From Candidatus Micrarchaeia archaeon (GTDB lineage Archaea > Micrarchaeota > Micrarchaeia > CABMEP01), in NCBI GenBank assembly GCA_038880755.1, contig JAVZRC010000002.1:31821-95820 (forward strand): a stretch of DNA of 64,000 nucleotides, in the 5' to 3' direction. Below the pieces are notes generated by a model. That model made no database searches, was not told where the DNA came from, and saw nothing but the letters and a program-made list of their open reading frames with translations. Shown here piece after piece: positions 54,789 through 64,000 of this stretch (position 1 is the stretch's first letter; each line of letters opens with the position of its first letter). Both the position numbers and the translations under genes were made by a program.

Positions 54789-55496
54789 CTATTTAGCAGA
54801 GATTACATAAGTATCTGCTACTTTATCATGCACGCTTTGATTATTCTTATCATACCATACAAAAAATGCAGTTAAAATAAGAGGTATCAAAAATAAATAG
54901 GCTGATAAAAATAAAATTAATGACTTTGTAAACTCCCTTAAAAATAGTTTTTCAGGCTTAGGCAATTTTCCATTTCTATCAACTATCTTAATACTTAAGA
55001 TATATTTACCTGGAGTCTGGCCTGATTTCAATGTGGGAACGAAAAATACTGCCATAAAAAGTATAAATTCCAATAAAATAAAAAAACCAATATTAAATGC
55101 TCCTCTAGAGCCTAAAAATATTCCTATAATAAACACCAACAAAGTAAATAGTATTAGATCTATTATAAATGCAAATCCTCTTCTGACTATACCAACATAA
55201 TTACGTTTTTTCTTTTCAGCCTTGTTAGTTACCGTATTATTTTCCAAGTTGTTTTCTGTCTTGTAATTACTTCTTTCTGGTAATATAATTGCTAAAAGAA
55301 AATACATAAATATTAAAGTCAGCAATACAGCTGCTGCACCGAACAGATGATAATAAAAAAATCCAACAATCATAAAAAGAAGTGCAGTTACTAAGGATAC
55401 AATTCTTAAAACTGTTGGATTAACGTTTAGCCACTCTGCAAAACCACCTATTACGCCAGCTACTATTCTATTTTTCGAACGGACTAATTCATTCAT
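54789..55496 (-). CDS. PspC-domain + RDD-domain membrane protein
   Basis: 'IVAGVIGGFAEWLNVNPTVLRIV' (PspC). 'RRGFAFIIDLIL...HDKVADTYVI' (RDD). Confidence 0.65.
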   Translation of the reverse strand: MNELVRSKNRIVAGVIGGFAEWLNVNPTVLRIVSLVTALLFMIVGFFYYHLFGAAAVLLTLIFMYFLLAIILPERSNYKTENNLENNTVTNKAEKKKRNYVGIVRRGFAFIIDLILFTLLVFIIGIFLGSRGAFNIGFFILLEFILFMAVFFVPTLKSGQTPGKYILSIKIVDRNGKLPKPEKLFLREFTKSLILFLSAYLFLIPLILTAFFVWYDKNNQSVHDKVADTYVISAK

Positions 55497-55546
55497 GTTT
55501 TAATTTATAAAATAAACTATTTAAAAATTATGTTTTTAATTTTACT

Positions 55547-55981
55547 ATGGAAATACAGATTTTTAAATGGGAAGATATAGGCGAAATAATTAAAATTGAA
55601 AGAGAATCATTCGAAAAAGATATTTGGGACAAAGAGGAATTTATGAAATTTTTTGAAACATGTAAAGATAGTTTTTTAGTTGCTAAAGAGAATGAAAAAA
55701 TTATCGGCTATATTATTCTAGAGATGATTGAACCAAAAAAAGGATATATCAGATCAATTGCTGTAAAAAAAGAAAAACGAAAAAAAGGGGTAGCTAGAAA
55801 TCTAATAGAATACATTATAAAAAAGTTTGAAATAAAAGAGTTATCTTTGCATGTAAGGGCTGGAAATAATGCTATTAATTTTTATAAAAAGTTAGGATTT
55901 AAGGAGATTGAAAGATTAAACGGCGTTTATCATGACGGGGAAGATGCAATCTATATGGTATGGAAAATAAAATGTGATTGA
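55547..55981 (+). CDS. GNAT N-acetyltransferase (RimI-like)
   Basis: 'IRSIAVKKEKRKKGVARNLIEY' acetyl-CoA-binding Q/RxxGxG/A-type block. Confidence 0.7.
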   Translation: MEIQIFKWEDIGEIIKIERESFEKDIWDKEEFMKFFETCKDSFLVAKENEKIIGYIILEMIEPKKGYIRSIAVKKEKRKKGVARNLIEYIIKKFEIKELSLHVRAGNNAINFYKKLGFKEIERLNGVYHDGEDAIYMVWKIKCD

Positions 55982-56638
55982 ATGAAATATAATAAAAAAG
56001 AGCAAATAAGTGTATGGGATTCTATAGCTAGTGGATGGAGCGGATGGAGAAATCAAGTAAGGAGAGATGTAATTGAGTTCTCTAAAGAATGGAAGCCTGG
56101 AAAATTGCTTGACATTGGCTGCGGCAGCGGAAGAAATCTTTTTCATTTTGCAGAGAAAGGATTTGACTGGTATGGGATTGACTTCAGCAAAGAAATGATA
56201 AACAAAGCGATTGAAAATTTCAAAAGAAAAAATATCGATGTTAAAGGAAGACTTAAAGTTGGAGATATGACAGAACTCCCTTTCCAAGATGAAAGTTTTG
56301 ATTATATTATTTCAATCGCTTCTTTTCATCACCTTCCTAAAGAAGAACAGCTAAAAACAATAAAGGAAATGAAAAGAGTACTAAAAGAAAATGGAGAAAT
56401 GATAATTAGCGTGTGGAATAAATATTCTTTTAAGAGAATTGGATTCTGGTTTTCTGGAAAAGAAACACTTATTCCATGGAAGAAAAAAGAAAAAGGAATT
56501 GAAAAGGAATATAATAGATACTACTACCTTTTCAGCTATGGAGAGTTGAAAAAATTGATTCAAATGAATGGATTTAAGATAAAGAAATCCAGCGGAAGGT
56601 TTGATGAGAACATAACTTTTTTAATAAAGAAATTGTAA
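55982..56638 (+). CDS. Class I SAM-dependent methyltransferase
   Basis: Motif I 'LLDIGCGSGRN'. Motif post-I 'YGIDFS'. Its start abuts the stop of the GNAT gene. Confidence 0.75.
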   Translation: MKYNKKEQISVWDSIASGWSGWRNQVRRDVIEFSKEWKPGKLLDIGCGSGRNLFHFAEKGFDWYGIDFSKEMINKAIENFKRKNIDVKGRLKVGDMTELPFQDESFDYIISIASFHHLPKEEQLKTIKEMKRVLKENGEMIISVWNKYSFKRIGFWFSGKETLIPWKKKEKGIEKEYNRYYYLFSYGELKKLIQMNGFKIKKSSGRFDENITFLIKKL

Positions 56639-56673
56639 AGAAATTGAAAACTAATAGTAGAATAAACTTATTT

Positions 56674-57429
56674 TTATTTTATTTGCTGCATTTTTCCAAA
56701 GCTTATTATTCCTATCCAAGAACAAATCAATCCCATCAAAATCAAGACTGCGATGTCTAGATACAATGGAAACGCCCCATGTCCTATTATAACTGTTCTT
56801 AATGCATCCACTCCATATGTCAATGGATCAATCTGAGACAGGTTCTTTATGAAATCTGGGAGATTTGAGGAGCTTACATCAAAAAGAGCACCGCTGAAAA
56901 AGAAAAGAGGCCAGATAACAAAGTTCTGTACTAATCCAAATCCTTCCTGTGTTGACATGTTTGAACCTATTATAAGCCCTAAAGATACCATTGACCATGT
57001 AATTAACAACATTATAAATAATACTGGCAATAAATTGATTATCGGAAAATTGACTATAAGCAGATAACCTAAAACAAGAAGAATCAAACCTTGTATCATT
57101 GAGTCTGTCATTCCTCCAAGCAGCTTTCCAAAGAAAACAGTAGATCTCGAAACTGGAGCAACTAAAACTTCCTTAAGAAAGTCGAGTTTTCTGTCCCATA
57201 TTATATAAACTCCAAAGAATATAGATGAAAACAATATTGACATTGTAAGTATGCCTGGAAAAATGAACTTTTGATAATCCCCACCTACACTTATTGAACC
57301 GCTGATGCCTCCTCCAAAAATAAACAACCATAACAATGGGGAGATGAATGATGCAATCACTCTTTCTTTCTCTCTAAAGTAAACCTTCACCTCTCTGAGC
57401 CAGATTGCATAAATCCCTTTCCATTCCAT
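56674..57429 (-). CDS. ABC-2 type transporter permease
   Basis: 251 aa with six hydrophobic helices. Lies downstream of the ABC ATPase. Confidence 0.7.
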   Translation of the reverse strand: MEWKGIYAIWLREVKVYFREKERVIASFISPLLWLFIFGGGISGSISVGGDYQKFIFPGILTMSILFSSIFFGVYIIWDRKLDFLKEVLVAPVSRSTVFFGKLLGGMTDSMIQGLILLVLGYLLIVNFPIINLLPVLFIMLLITWSMVSLGLIIGSNMSTQEGFGLVQNFVIWPLFFFSGALFDVSSSNLPDFIKNLSQIDPLTYGVDALRTVIIGHGAFPLYLDIAVLILMGLICSWIGIISFGKMQQIK

Positions 57430-57474
57430 AAAACCACTTTATATTTGTATGTTTATTCTACTATATGCTTTATT

Positions 57475-58455
57475 CTACCTGTTGGAAGTTCTGTATGTAG
57501 CTATTCTATTCATTATTGAATCGTTGCCTGATTCCTCATGTATGTAATGCCCTGTATAATGAAGAAAAACATCATCAAGTGAGACTCTTCTAACCTCAAC
57601 TGAATCAACATCTCCAACCTTTGCTAATAATCTCTGCAGGTTCTTTGCCGCATTGTCTACTACAAGCTCAACGTATCCTTCATGATTTTTTGAAATCTTC
57701 TTTATGAATTTCATTTTTGTAACATTATTTAGATTCGGACTTCCTTTTATTCTTATTATGTCCTCACCAATCGACCCCTTTAGCTCATCACTAGTCCCTT
57801 CAATAACTATCTTTCCTTTATCAATTATTGCTATTTTATCGCAAAGCGAATCTGCTTCCTCAAGATAATGTGTTGTTAGGATTGTGGTTATTCTTTTTTC
57901 TTTTGTTATCTTTTCAATATAGCTCCAAATCGCTCTTCTGCTTGCAGGATCAAGACCTAAAGTTGGCTCATCTAAAAACAATATCTTAGGGGTATGAAGA
58001 AGTCCTCTTGCTATCTCAAGCCTTCTTCTCATTCCTCCTGAATAAGTCCTTACAATACTATCCGCTCTTTCAGTCAAATCAACAAGCTCAAGCATCTCTT
58101 CTATTCTTTCTTTAGCAATTTCTTTATCCATGCCGTAAAGCATTGCATGCAGTTCAAGATTCTCTCTTCCAGTGAGAAGGTCATCGACACTTGGCTCTTG
58201 AAAAACTATACCTATGTTTTTCCTTACTTCAAGAGGATTTTTGCAAACATCAAAACCTGCCACCTTTGCTATACCTGAAGTTGGTCTTATAAGTGTAGAA
58301 AGCATGCTTATTGTTGTGGTCTTACCTGCCCCATTAGGTCCTAAAAGTCCAAATATCTCTCCCTCTTTTATCTTTAATGAAATCCTATCAACTGCTTTGA
58401 GAGTTCCAAATCTCTTTACTAAATTTTTCACTTCAATTGCATACATAAAAACCAC
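57475..58455 (-). CDS. ABC transporter ATP-binding protein (DrrA-like exporter)
   Basis: Walker A 'GPNGAGKTT'. Signature 'YSGGMRRRL'. Walker B 'ILFLDEPTLGLD'. Confidence 0.9.
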   Translation of the reverse strand: MVFMYAIEVKNLVKRFGTLKAVDRISLKIKEGEIFGLLGPNGAGKTTTISMLSTLIRPTSGIAKVAGFDVCKNPLEVRKNIGIVFQEPSVDDLLTGRENLELHAMLYGMDKEIAKERIEEMLELVDLTERADSIVRTYSGGMRRRLEIARGLLHTPKILFLDEPTLGLDPASRRAIWSYIEKITKEKRITTILTTHYLEEADSLCDKIAIIDKGKIVIEGTSDELKGSIGEDIIRIKGSPNLNNVTKMKFIKKISKNHEGYVELVVDNAAKNLQRLLAKVGDVDSVEVRRVSLDDVFLHYTGHYIHEESGNDSIMNRIATYRTSNR

Positions 58456-58459
58456 GAAA

Positions 58460-59179
58460 TCAAATGTCTAATTTAACCTGCTTTGTCTTGAATTTTGATT
58501 CTGCGATCAGTCTTTTTGATGTTGACCATTCTGTTCTTAGATATTTTAGCAAAACAGGATTATCTATGTTCTGTTTTATACAGTTTATAGCAAGCTCATC
58601 ATGAGGATAACCTGTGCCAAAATCGCAACCTATTTCTTTCTTTATCTTCTCAATCTCTTCGTCTCTAGTGACTTTTGCAATTATTGATGCAGCACTGCAT
58701 ATCGGATATTTTACATCTGCCTTATGTGATGAGTGGAGCTTAGAAGCAACTGCTAAATCAATTGGAAGGTTTGACTTTATTCTGTGGGTAAATCGTACTG
58801 CATCTGGATCCGGAGCGTCTATGTATATCTTTTCTATCTTTTCAGCTATGTCGGGTTCTATCTCCTTGAGTGCATTTGAAACGAATATTGCCTCAATCTC
58901 ATTTAAACTTATTCCTTTTCTCATTTGCTCGTTTATTTGCTTTGCAGTTACTTTTTGTATGTGAAGATGACAGCTTTCTTTAATTTTTTCTGCCAATTCT
59001 GTTCTTCTTTCAGGTGAAAGTAATTTAGAATCCTTAATCCCAATTGAACGCAGAAACTGCTCTTTATCTTTTTCAGTTATTGCTACACAAAGCACTAGTG
59101 GACCTAAAACTGCACCTCGTCCCGCTTCATCAACTCCTCCGATTAAAACACCTTCTAATTTAAGATGAGTGCTACGCAT
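58460..59179 (-). CDS. rnhB: Ribonuclease HII
   Basis: 'GVDEAGRGAVLGPLV' catalytic DEAG motif, 'IDAPD', 'ASIIAKV'. Confidence 0.85.
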   Translation of the reverse strand: MRSTHLKLEGVLIGGVDEAGRGAVLGPLVLCVAITEKDKEQFLRSIGIKDSKLLSPERRTELAEKIKESCHLHIQKVTAKQINEQMRKGISLNEIEAIFVSNALKEIEPDIAEKIEKIYIDAPDPDAVRFTHRIKSNLPIDLAVASKLHSSHKADVKYPICSAASIIAKVTRDEEIEKIKKEIGCDFGTGYPHDELAINCIKQNIDNPVLLKYLRTEWSTSKRLIAESKFKTKQVKLDI

Positions 59180-59256
59180 AAATAATCAAAAATAGATTAT
59201 GAATAAAATTTAATAAATCTGTGCTAAATTAGAAATAAAAAAATAAATGGAAAAAA

Positions 59257-60147
59257 CTATTTCTTATTTACATCTAAAAGAATGGCTATGCTTCTTGCGA
59301 GATTTCCTGCATTCTTTTCTTTTAGATATGCTATTGCATCAATAAATAGTTTTGTATGGGAAACCCCAGGTGTCTTTATTGCTTTTGATGTTATTTCTGC
59401 TAATGTTTTTACTTTGTATTCATCAGACAATTTTTCATTAGATTTTATATAAGTATATACATCTTCATACATATCTCTGCAAACTTCTGGATCTAATTTT
59501 GCTGAAAATGCCTGTTCAAGTATTTCAACCATTCTATTTGGTTTTTCTTCCACTCTTTTTTCATTTGCAATGATTGAAGTTTTAACTCTTTCTAATGCTA
59601 GTTTAAAAGCAGAAGCAGCCTCTATTTTTCCACATTCCATTCTTTCATTTGAAATTGCGATACTTGCCAATAGCCTGCACGCGCTTTCTATATTCTGTGG
59701 TTGAATGACTGGAAATGGAGATAGTTCTAAATCTCTTTGTGTGAGAAGATAATCTATTGCTTCTTCATAGATTCCTCCATTAGTTATACATGCAATTGCT
59801 GCACTTTGTGCAATAGATTCAACAGAAAGATAATATCTCTCGGGAGGTTGTTGTTTCATTATAGTTCTTAATGCCTTATAATAAAATGTTGGATCCTTAA
59901 CTGCATTTTTACCTTCGCATGATTTTTCAACTAAATGCACAATACCTGTATAATTCTTATTTTCTATGAGCTCCTCTAGTTTTGCTAACAAATTATAGTC
60001 TTTCTTTTCCACATTAGTTTCTTTATTTTTCATTATGTTGTAATTATCTTTTTTCTCTATTTTTGCAATAGAACCTGCAAAATTATGTTTTACAATTTTA
60101 CTAAAATCTTCCATAATAGCCCTCCCAATAATAAAATAGTTTAACAT
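59257..60147 (-). CDS. Hypothetical helical protein
   Basis: 296-aa ORF. No motif recognised. Confidence 0.5.
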   Translation of the reverse strand: MLNYFIIGRAIMEDFSKIVKHNFAGSIAKIEKKDNYNIMKNKETNVEKKDYNLLAKLEELIENKNYTGIVHLVEKSCEGKNAVKDPTFYYKALRTIMKQQPPERYYLSVESIAQSAAIACITNGGIYEEAIDYLLTQRDLELSPFPVIQPQNIESACRLLASIAISNERMECGKIEAASAFKLALERVKTSIIANEKRVEEKPNRMVEILEQAFSAKLDPEVCRDMYEDVYTYIKSNEKLSDEYKVKTLAEITSKAIKTPGVSHTKLFIDAIAYLKEKNAGNLARSIAILLDVNKK

Positions 60148-60243
60148 AAAATAGACACTTAAGTTGTTTATATAGTTTTCGGTAAAATAAGAAATAAATA
60201 GAAATAAAAGAAAAAATAAAAAAATTAAAACTAATAAAAAAAA

Positions 60244-60621
60244 TTAAACTTCTCTTGCAACTTCAAAGATTTCTCTTAAGCAGACAACTGCAAGGCCTGG
60301 AGCTACAAAGAAGACTATATTTTGTGTTATCGACACTAATGCAACACTTACGTCTCCAAGCTGCAATGCTCTTAAAAGAGATTCAAACATTGCTGCTGCA
60401 ATTAAAAATCCAATGTTTGCCAATACGTATCTGTCAAGTTCTTTGTCAGTTACGTTTGCAATTCCTACAATTATACCTAATATTCCCAATACTACAAGAT
60501 TTACACTTAATCCTCCTATTGCCTTTGGGAATAATCCAAGTATAATTGCAGCCACCATTCCTAAGATAAAGGCCCATGGTCCTATTTTCTGCAATGCTTC
60601 ATTCATTTTTTCACCTCTCAA
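60244..60621 (-). CDS. Small membrane protein, co-transcribed with the giant surface protein
   Basis: 125 aa with 3-4 TM helices. Its ATG abuts the stop of 60622-64000. Confidence 0.5.
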   Translation of the reverse strand: MRGEKMNEALQKIGPWAFILGMVAAIILGLFPKAIGGLSVNLVVLGILGIIVGIANVTDKELDRYVLANIGFLIAAAMFESLLRALQLGDVSVALVSITQNIVFFVAPGLAVVCLREIFEVAREV

Positions 60622-63600
60622 TTAATATTTGAATAACTTGAATTCTGGAAGAGTTGATTTCTTTGTAAGATAGAATTCTAATAAGATAAATAATGTTATT
60701 AGGATTGCTGCTATTAATCTTATGTTGTGTGTTGAATCAGAGAATACGATTTCTTCTGGTGTGGGTAGGTAAGGAATTCCTGTATGTATTAATCCGATTG
60801 AATAGGATTGGGAAGAGTAGGATGGAAGTTTCTTGTTTATGGTGTAAATTACTGATTTTGTTTCACCTAATGCAGCTGATCCTAAGTTGAATTGTATTAC
60901 TGGATCTTCATTAAGTATTGTGAAGTTGTATAGAGATTGAATATCTGAGACTGAAATTCCTTTAGGTATGTATTCGTATATTGTTAAGTTGTCTAATTGA
61001 GATGGGGAGATAACTGAAAGTTTAACTATTGTAATGTTTGTTTCTTTATCTGTATATTCTTCATTCTTTAATGAATAGCTGAATACTGATTTCATAACTG
61101 TTAGCTTTTCTGAATCAGTTGAATTCTTCATTTCTTCTAATCTTTGCCTTTCATCTTCTGGAATGTTTGAAATGATTGATTGATAGGTGATTTCAGAAGG
61201 ATCTTGATCAACTGAATAGGACAGGATTCTGTTTATTTCAGGGAATTTAAGCATTGATTGTTGGATAAGGTTCAATGATTGAGATGTAAGCTGGAATTTC
61301 TTTTCATTATTAGTTTCTGTTGATGCTTGAAGGATTATTTCTGATGCGTCATCTAAATCAGAGAGAGCAGATGACATTGATTGCATAGAAATGCCAAGTT
61401 CATTAAGTTTTAGTAATGAATCAGGATCTAATCTGTTTCTTTGCAGTTCGTCAATTAATTTGAATTGTGATTGGAATGATTGTTTTAATGATTGAATTAA
61501 TGAATTAAGGAAGGAAATTAATTCATCAGGTTTGTTTGCTGAGAAGAATTGACTTGATTTCTGGAGTAATGAATTAGTTAATTTGTTTGCATAAGATGCA
61601 TCAATCTGTGATAAGAATGGGATTGTAGCTGAGATGTTTGAAAGAATATTTGAAGAAGAAGAGAATTGACCTTCCTGCATTAAAGAGTCTGATAATTGTA
61701 ATCCGTTGTTTATCACTGTTTGTGAGATATTTAGATTGTTTGTAGTTGGCGATGTTCTTAATAGGAAGTTTGTTTGATCAATTGCAGATGAGAAGAAAGA
61801 TTCTACTTTATCATAGTCTTTATCTTCTAATGATTGGAATAGGTTAATAAAGTTGGATTGGATTGCTGAAATAGTATTAAGATCTGTTTGATCTGAATTT
61901 GCTGTTAATTCTTTAGGTATGTATAAACAGGATCTAGATGTAGATGGAGAAGATAGACCGCAGTTATTATTATCTATGCATGTTCTTGTTTGTATTCCTG
62001 ATGGTGAACATTCTGACCATGGAGAACATTTCCAGTCTGGCATGCATGCATATATGCATGCTGCTGTTTCTGGAGGCTTACCTGTTGTTATTCCACAGTT
62101 GTTTATGTCAATGCATGTTCTTGTTCTTATTCCTTCTTTTGAACATTCAGTCCATTCGCTGCACTGCCATATTGGTGAACATCCTCCGCCACCTCCACCA
62201 GATGGTGGAAGAATTATTTGATTAACAGTGTATGTTATTTCTTCATATATTGAATTTCCTGCTGTATCTGTTGCAGTACATCTTGCTGTTTTTGTTCCTG
62301 CCGATGATGTATCAATTCCTGTTACAACTGTTGTTACAGATCCTCCATAGGATTCTGAATTGTCAGATGCTGTACAGTTGTAGGTTATTGTGTCGCCTAC
62401 ATATACGACTGTTGAAGAGAGAGTGAAGGATGAAATGGTTGGATTTATGTTGTCAAAGTATATTGTAATCAGGTTGGATATGTTTGAATTTCCTGCCTGA
62501 TCGCTGCAGTTAAGATAGATGTCATGCTTTGCATTTGTAAGCGGAGGAGTGACATTAGTTAATGTATTATTTGTAATCTGCATTGTTCCTTTATTATCAT
62601 TGTTGTCGTAGAATGTACAGTTTATAGTTGAACTCATATCATCTGTCACAATGAAAGAAAGTGTGACATTTGATTTATGCCATGTGTTGTTTGATGGTGA
62701 GAGGATTTGAACTGATGGTGGTGTGGTGTCGGGAGGAGCAGTGTATACTGCCAAGGGTAAGAAATCTATGTTATTTGTTTGTAAATAATATTCTGAATCA
62801 CAGATTCCATCATCATTATTGTCTGTACATGTTTCAGAAAATCCATTACCATCTGGAGTTGCATAGAAGTTACCACCTATACATGGTCCTCCTACTATGT
62901 TAGGACCTGCAGAACAGTCACGAGTGGTATTCCAATAGTTTTCGTAAATGTCACCACCGAAATAAATATTGTTGGTGTTGTTAAAGAAGTTGTTGTAAAT
63001 ATATGATATACCGCCAGATATAAATAAACCTGCCTCTTCAGGTGACAATCCTAGTAAAACTCCATCTGTTATTCTATTATTACGTATTGAAGAATTTGTA
63101 TGATCTAAATACATAGAAATCGCATTTCTTGTAAAATTACTATTTGAGACATTAATTGAAGAAGAAAAGACAGACAGTCCATAATAAGAGTCATGGACTA
63201 ATAAATTAATAATATTTATATCTGATGAATCAAATAAATTTATTTCAAAAATACTTCCATCACGCAAAGTAATGTTGACACAATTATTCATAATAAGCCC
63301 GGAATAATTTTCACCAAGAGTAATTGCAGAATTATTTGGACAAGGTGTATCTTCATCTCCTAAATAAATATATGATTTTCCATTCATTACATTTCCATTA
63401 AAGTATTTAATAGTGCTTTCTGCAAATAAGTAACCTTGTTGAGTGTTGTTCTTGACAATAGTATTGTTCGCTATTGTTAAATCAAAGTTAGTTAAAGAAA
63501 ATAAAGAGAAATTATTGTTGAAGAGGTTGTTTCCAACAACTGAATTATTATAACGTATTGCTCTATCTGGAACCAATAAGATAGCCAAAGTACTATTAAA

Positions 63601-64000
63601 AATACTGTTGTTTGCTGTTTTAATATCGTCTGCATCTAAATATATTCCAACTTCTAAATTGTTTAATTGGTTTTGTTCGATACTGTTTTTCTCACCAAAT
63701 ATTAAAATACCCATAGAAGAATAATCGAAAATCGGATCTTTAACGCCAAAAATAGTATTATTAAATAAGTAACTTGAACTTAAATGACCTGAAATTCCAT
63801 AACCTGTATCCTCCAAAAATATATTACAATTCTTTATAGTAATATTAGTTGTTTCGTATACTTCGATTACAGAGTCAAAGCCAGAGCCTGTGTGAGTGAT
63901 TGTAAATCCTTGACAGTCAAGAGTAATGTTGTCAGCTGCAATTGTGAAACATGTGCCTGATGAAGAGACGTTTTGAGTAAGAATATAAGTCCTTCCTGCT
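60622..64000 (-). CDS. Giant surface protein: parallel beta-helix (NosD/pectate-lyase-like) repeats + Ig-like domains + Cys-rich repeats + helical stalk + C-terminal TM anchor (5' end off the window)
   Basis: The frame stays open from the TTG at 63816 to nt 64000; I read '...FTIAADNITLDCQGFTITHTGSGFDSVIEVYETTNITIKNCNIF' there. Repeated 'N.I..N......GI.L' beta-helix pattern. 'C.A.D.AGN' Ig-like blocks. C-terminal TM 'LIAAILITLFILLEFYL'. Confidence 0.7.
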   Translation of the reverse strand, partial: AGRTYILTQNVSSSGTCFTIAADNITLDCQGFTITHTGSGFDSVIEVYETTNITIKNCNIFLEDTGYGISGHLSSSYLFNNTIFGVKDPIFDYSSMGILIFGEKNSIEQNQLNNLEVGIYLDADDIKTANNSIFNSTLAILLVPDRAIRYNNSVVGNNLFNNNFSLFSLTNFDLTIANNTIVKNNTQQGYLFAESTIKYFNGNVMNGKSYIYLGDEDTPCPNNSAITLGENYSGLIMNNCVNITLRDGSIFEINLFDSSDINIINLLVHDSYYGLSVFSSSINVSNSNFTRNAISMYLDHTNSSIRNNRITDGVLLGLSPEEAGLFISGGISYIYNNFFNNTNNIYFGGDIYENYWNTTRDCSAGPNIVGGPCIGGNFYATPDGNGFSETCTDNNDDGICDSEYYLQTNNIDFLPLAVYTAPPDTTPPSVQILSPSNNTWHKSNVTLSFIVTDDMSSTINCTFYDNNDNKGTMQITNNTLTNVTPPLTNAKHDIYLNCSDQAGNSNISNLITIYFDNINPTISSFTLSSTVVYVGDTITYNCTASDNSESYGGSVTTVVTGIDTSSAGTKTARCTATDTAGNSIYEEITYTVNQIILPPSGGGGGGCSPIWQCSEWTECSKEGIRTRTCIDINNCGITTGKPPETAACIYACMPDWKCSPWSECSPSGIQTRTCIDNNNCGLSSPSTSRSCLYIPKELTANSDQTDLNTISAIQSNFINLFQSLEDKDYDKVESFFSSAIDQTNFLLRTSPTTNNLNISQTVINNGLQLSDSLMQEGQFSSSSNILSNISATIPFLSQIDASYANKLTNSLLQKSSQFFSANKPDELISFLNSLIQSLKQSFQSQFKLIDELQRNRLDPDSLLKLNELGISMQSMSSALSDLDDASEIILQASTETNNEKKFQLTSQSLNLIQQSMLKFPEINRILSYSVDQDPSEITYQSIISNIPEDERQRLEEMKNSTDSEKLTVMKSVFSYSLKNEEYTDKETNITIVKLSVISPSQLDNLTIYEYIPKGISVSDIQSLYNFTILNEDPVIQFNLGSAALGETKSVIYTINKKLPSYSSQSYSIGLIHTGIPYLPTPEEIVFSDSTHNIRLIAAILITLFILLEFYLTKKSTLPEFKLFKY

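Noticed and set aside
63814-63816. TTG at 63816 as the start of the giant surface protein
   Set aside because: My codon-by-codon reading shows the frame stays open to nt 64000 and continues to encode beta-helix-type repeats. The gene is truncated by the window rather than starting here.

Overview
AT-rich, tightly packed archaeal chromosome fragment. Archaeal identity is supported by TFB (29086-29994), an HMf-type histone (52114-52314), aEF-1beta, Elp3, Trm1, ADP-forming acetyl-CoA synthetase, Mre11 and an archaeal/eukaryal-type TrpRS. The low GC, short genes and many surface proteins suggest a DPANN-type small-genome archaeon, but that is inference only. The left ~26.5 kb is accessory and holds three blocks. 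(i) A nuclease-rich, defence-like block: a Type III Res-like helicase-nuclease cut by the window edge, a membrane metzincin-like protease, an HD protein and an orphan Cas4-family nuclease. (ii) Three tandem ~1.1-kb duplicons, each made of a conserved promoter, a membrane-anchored ~265-aa protein and the 5' end of a large coiled-coil gene. Their ends are nearly identical and their centres diverged, and the third copy is cut next to an AAA+ ATPase gene. (iii) A minimal type IV secretion / Ced-like operon: two VirB2/TrbC-like small proteins, a VirB3-VirB4-like ATPase, a sequon-rich ectoprotein and a VirB6/TrbL-like polytopic protein, with no relaxase or coupling protein in view. It is convergent with an operon of receiver-domain proteins, a HAD hydrolase and unknown small proteins. 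It is followed by a soluble histidine kinase, a membrane-anchored DNase I homologue and a secreted SLT/VirB1-like lytic transglycosylase. The right ~37 kb is mostly housekeeping: TFB, Trm1, TrpRS, HisRS, ArgRS, KaiC-like ATPases, Mre11, AcdAB, a beta-CASP RNase, GGPP synthase, MscS, histone, aEF-1beta, Elp3, an ABC exporter and RNase HII. It also holds two tRNAs (Pro-CGG, Leu-CAG) bracketing a long, highly divergent family-B-polymerase-like gene. At the right edge a >1100-aa beta-helix/Ig/Cys-repeat surface protein runs off the window. No rRNA, CRISPR array, integrase or transposase was recognised. All functional calls come from motif reading by eye; no database search was possible.
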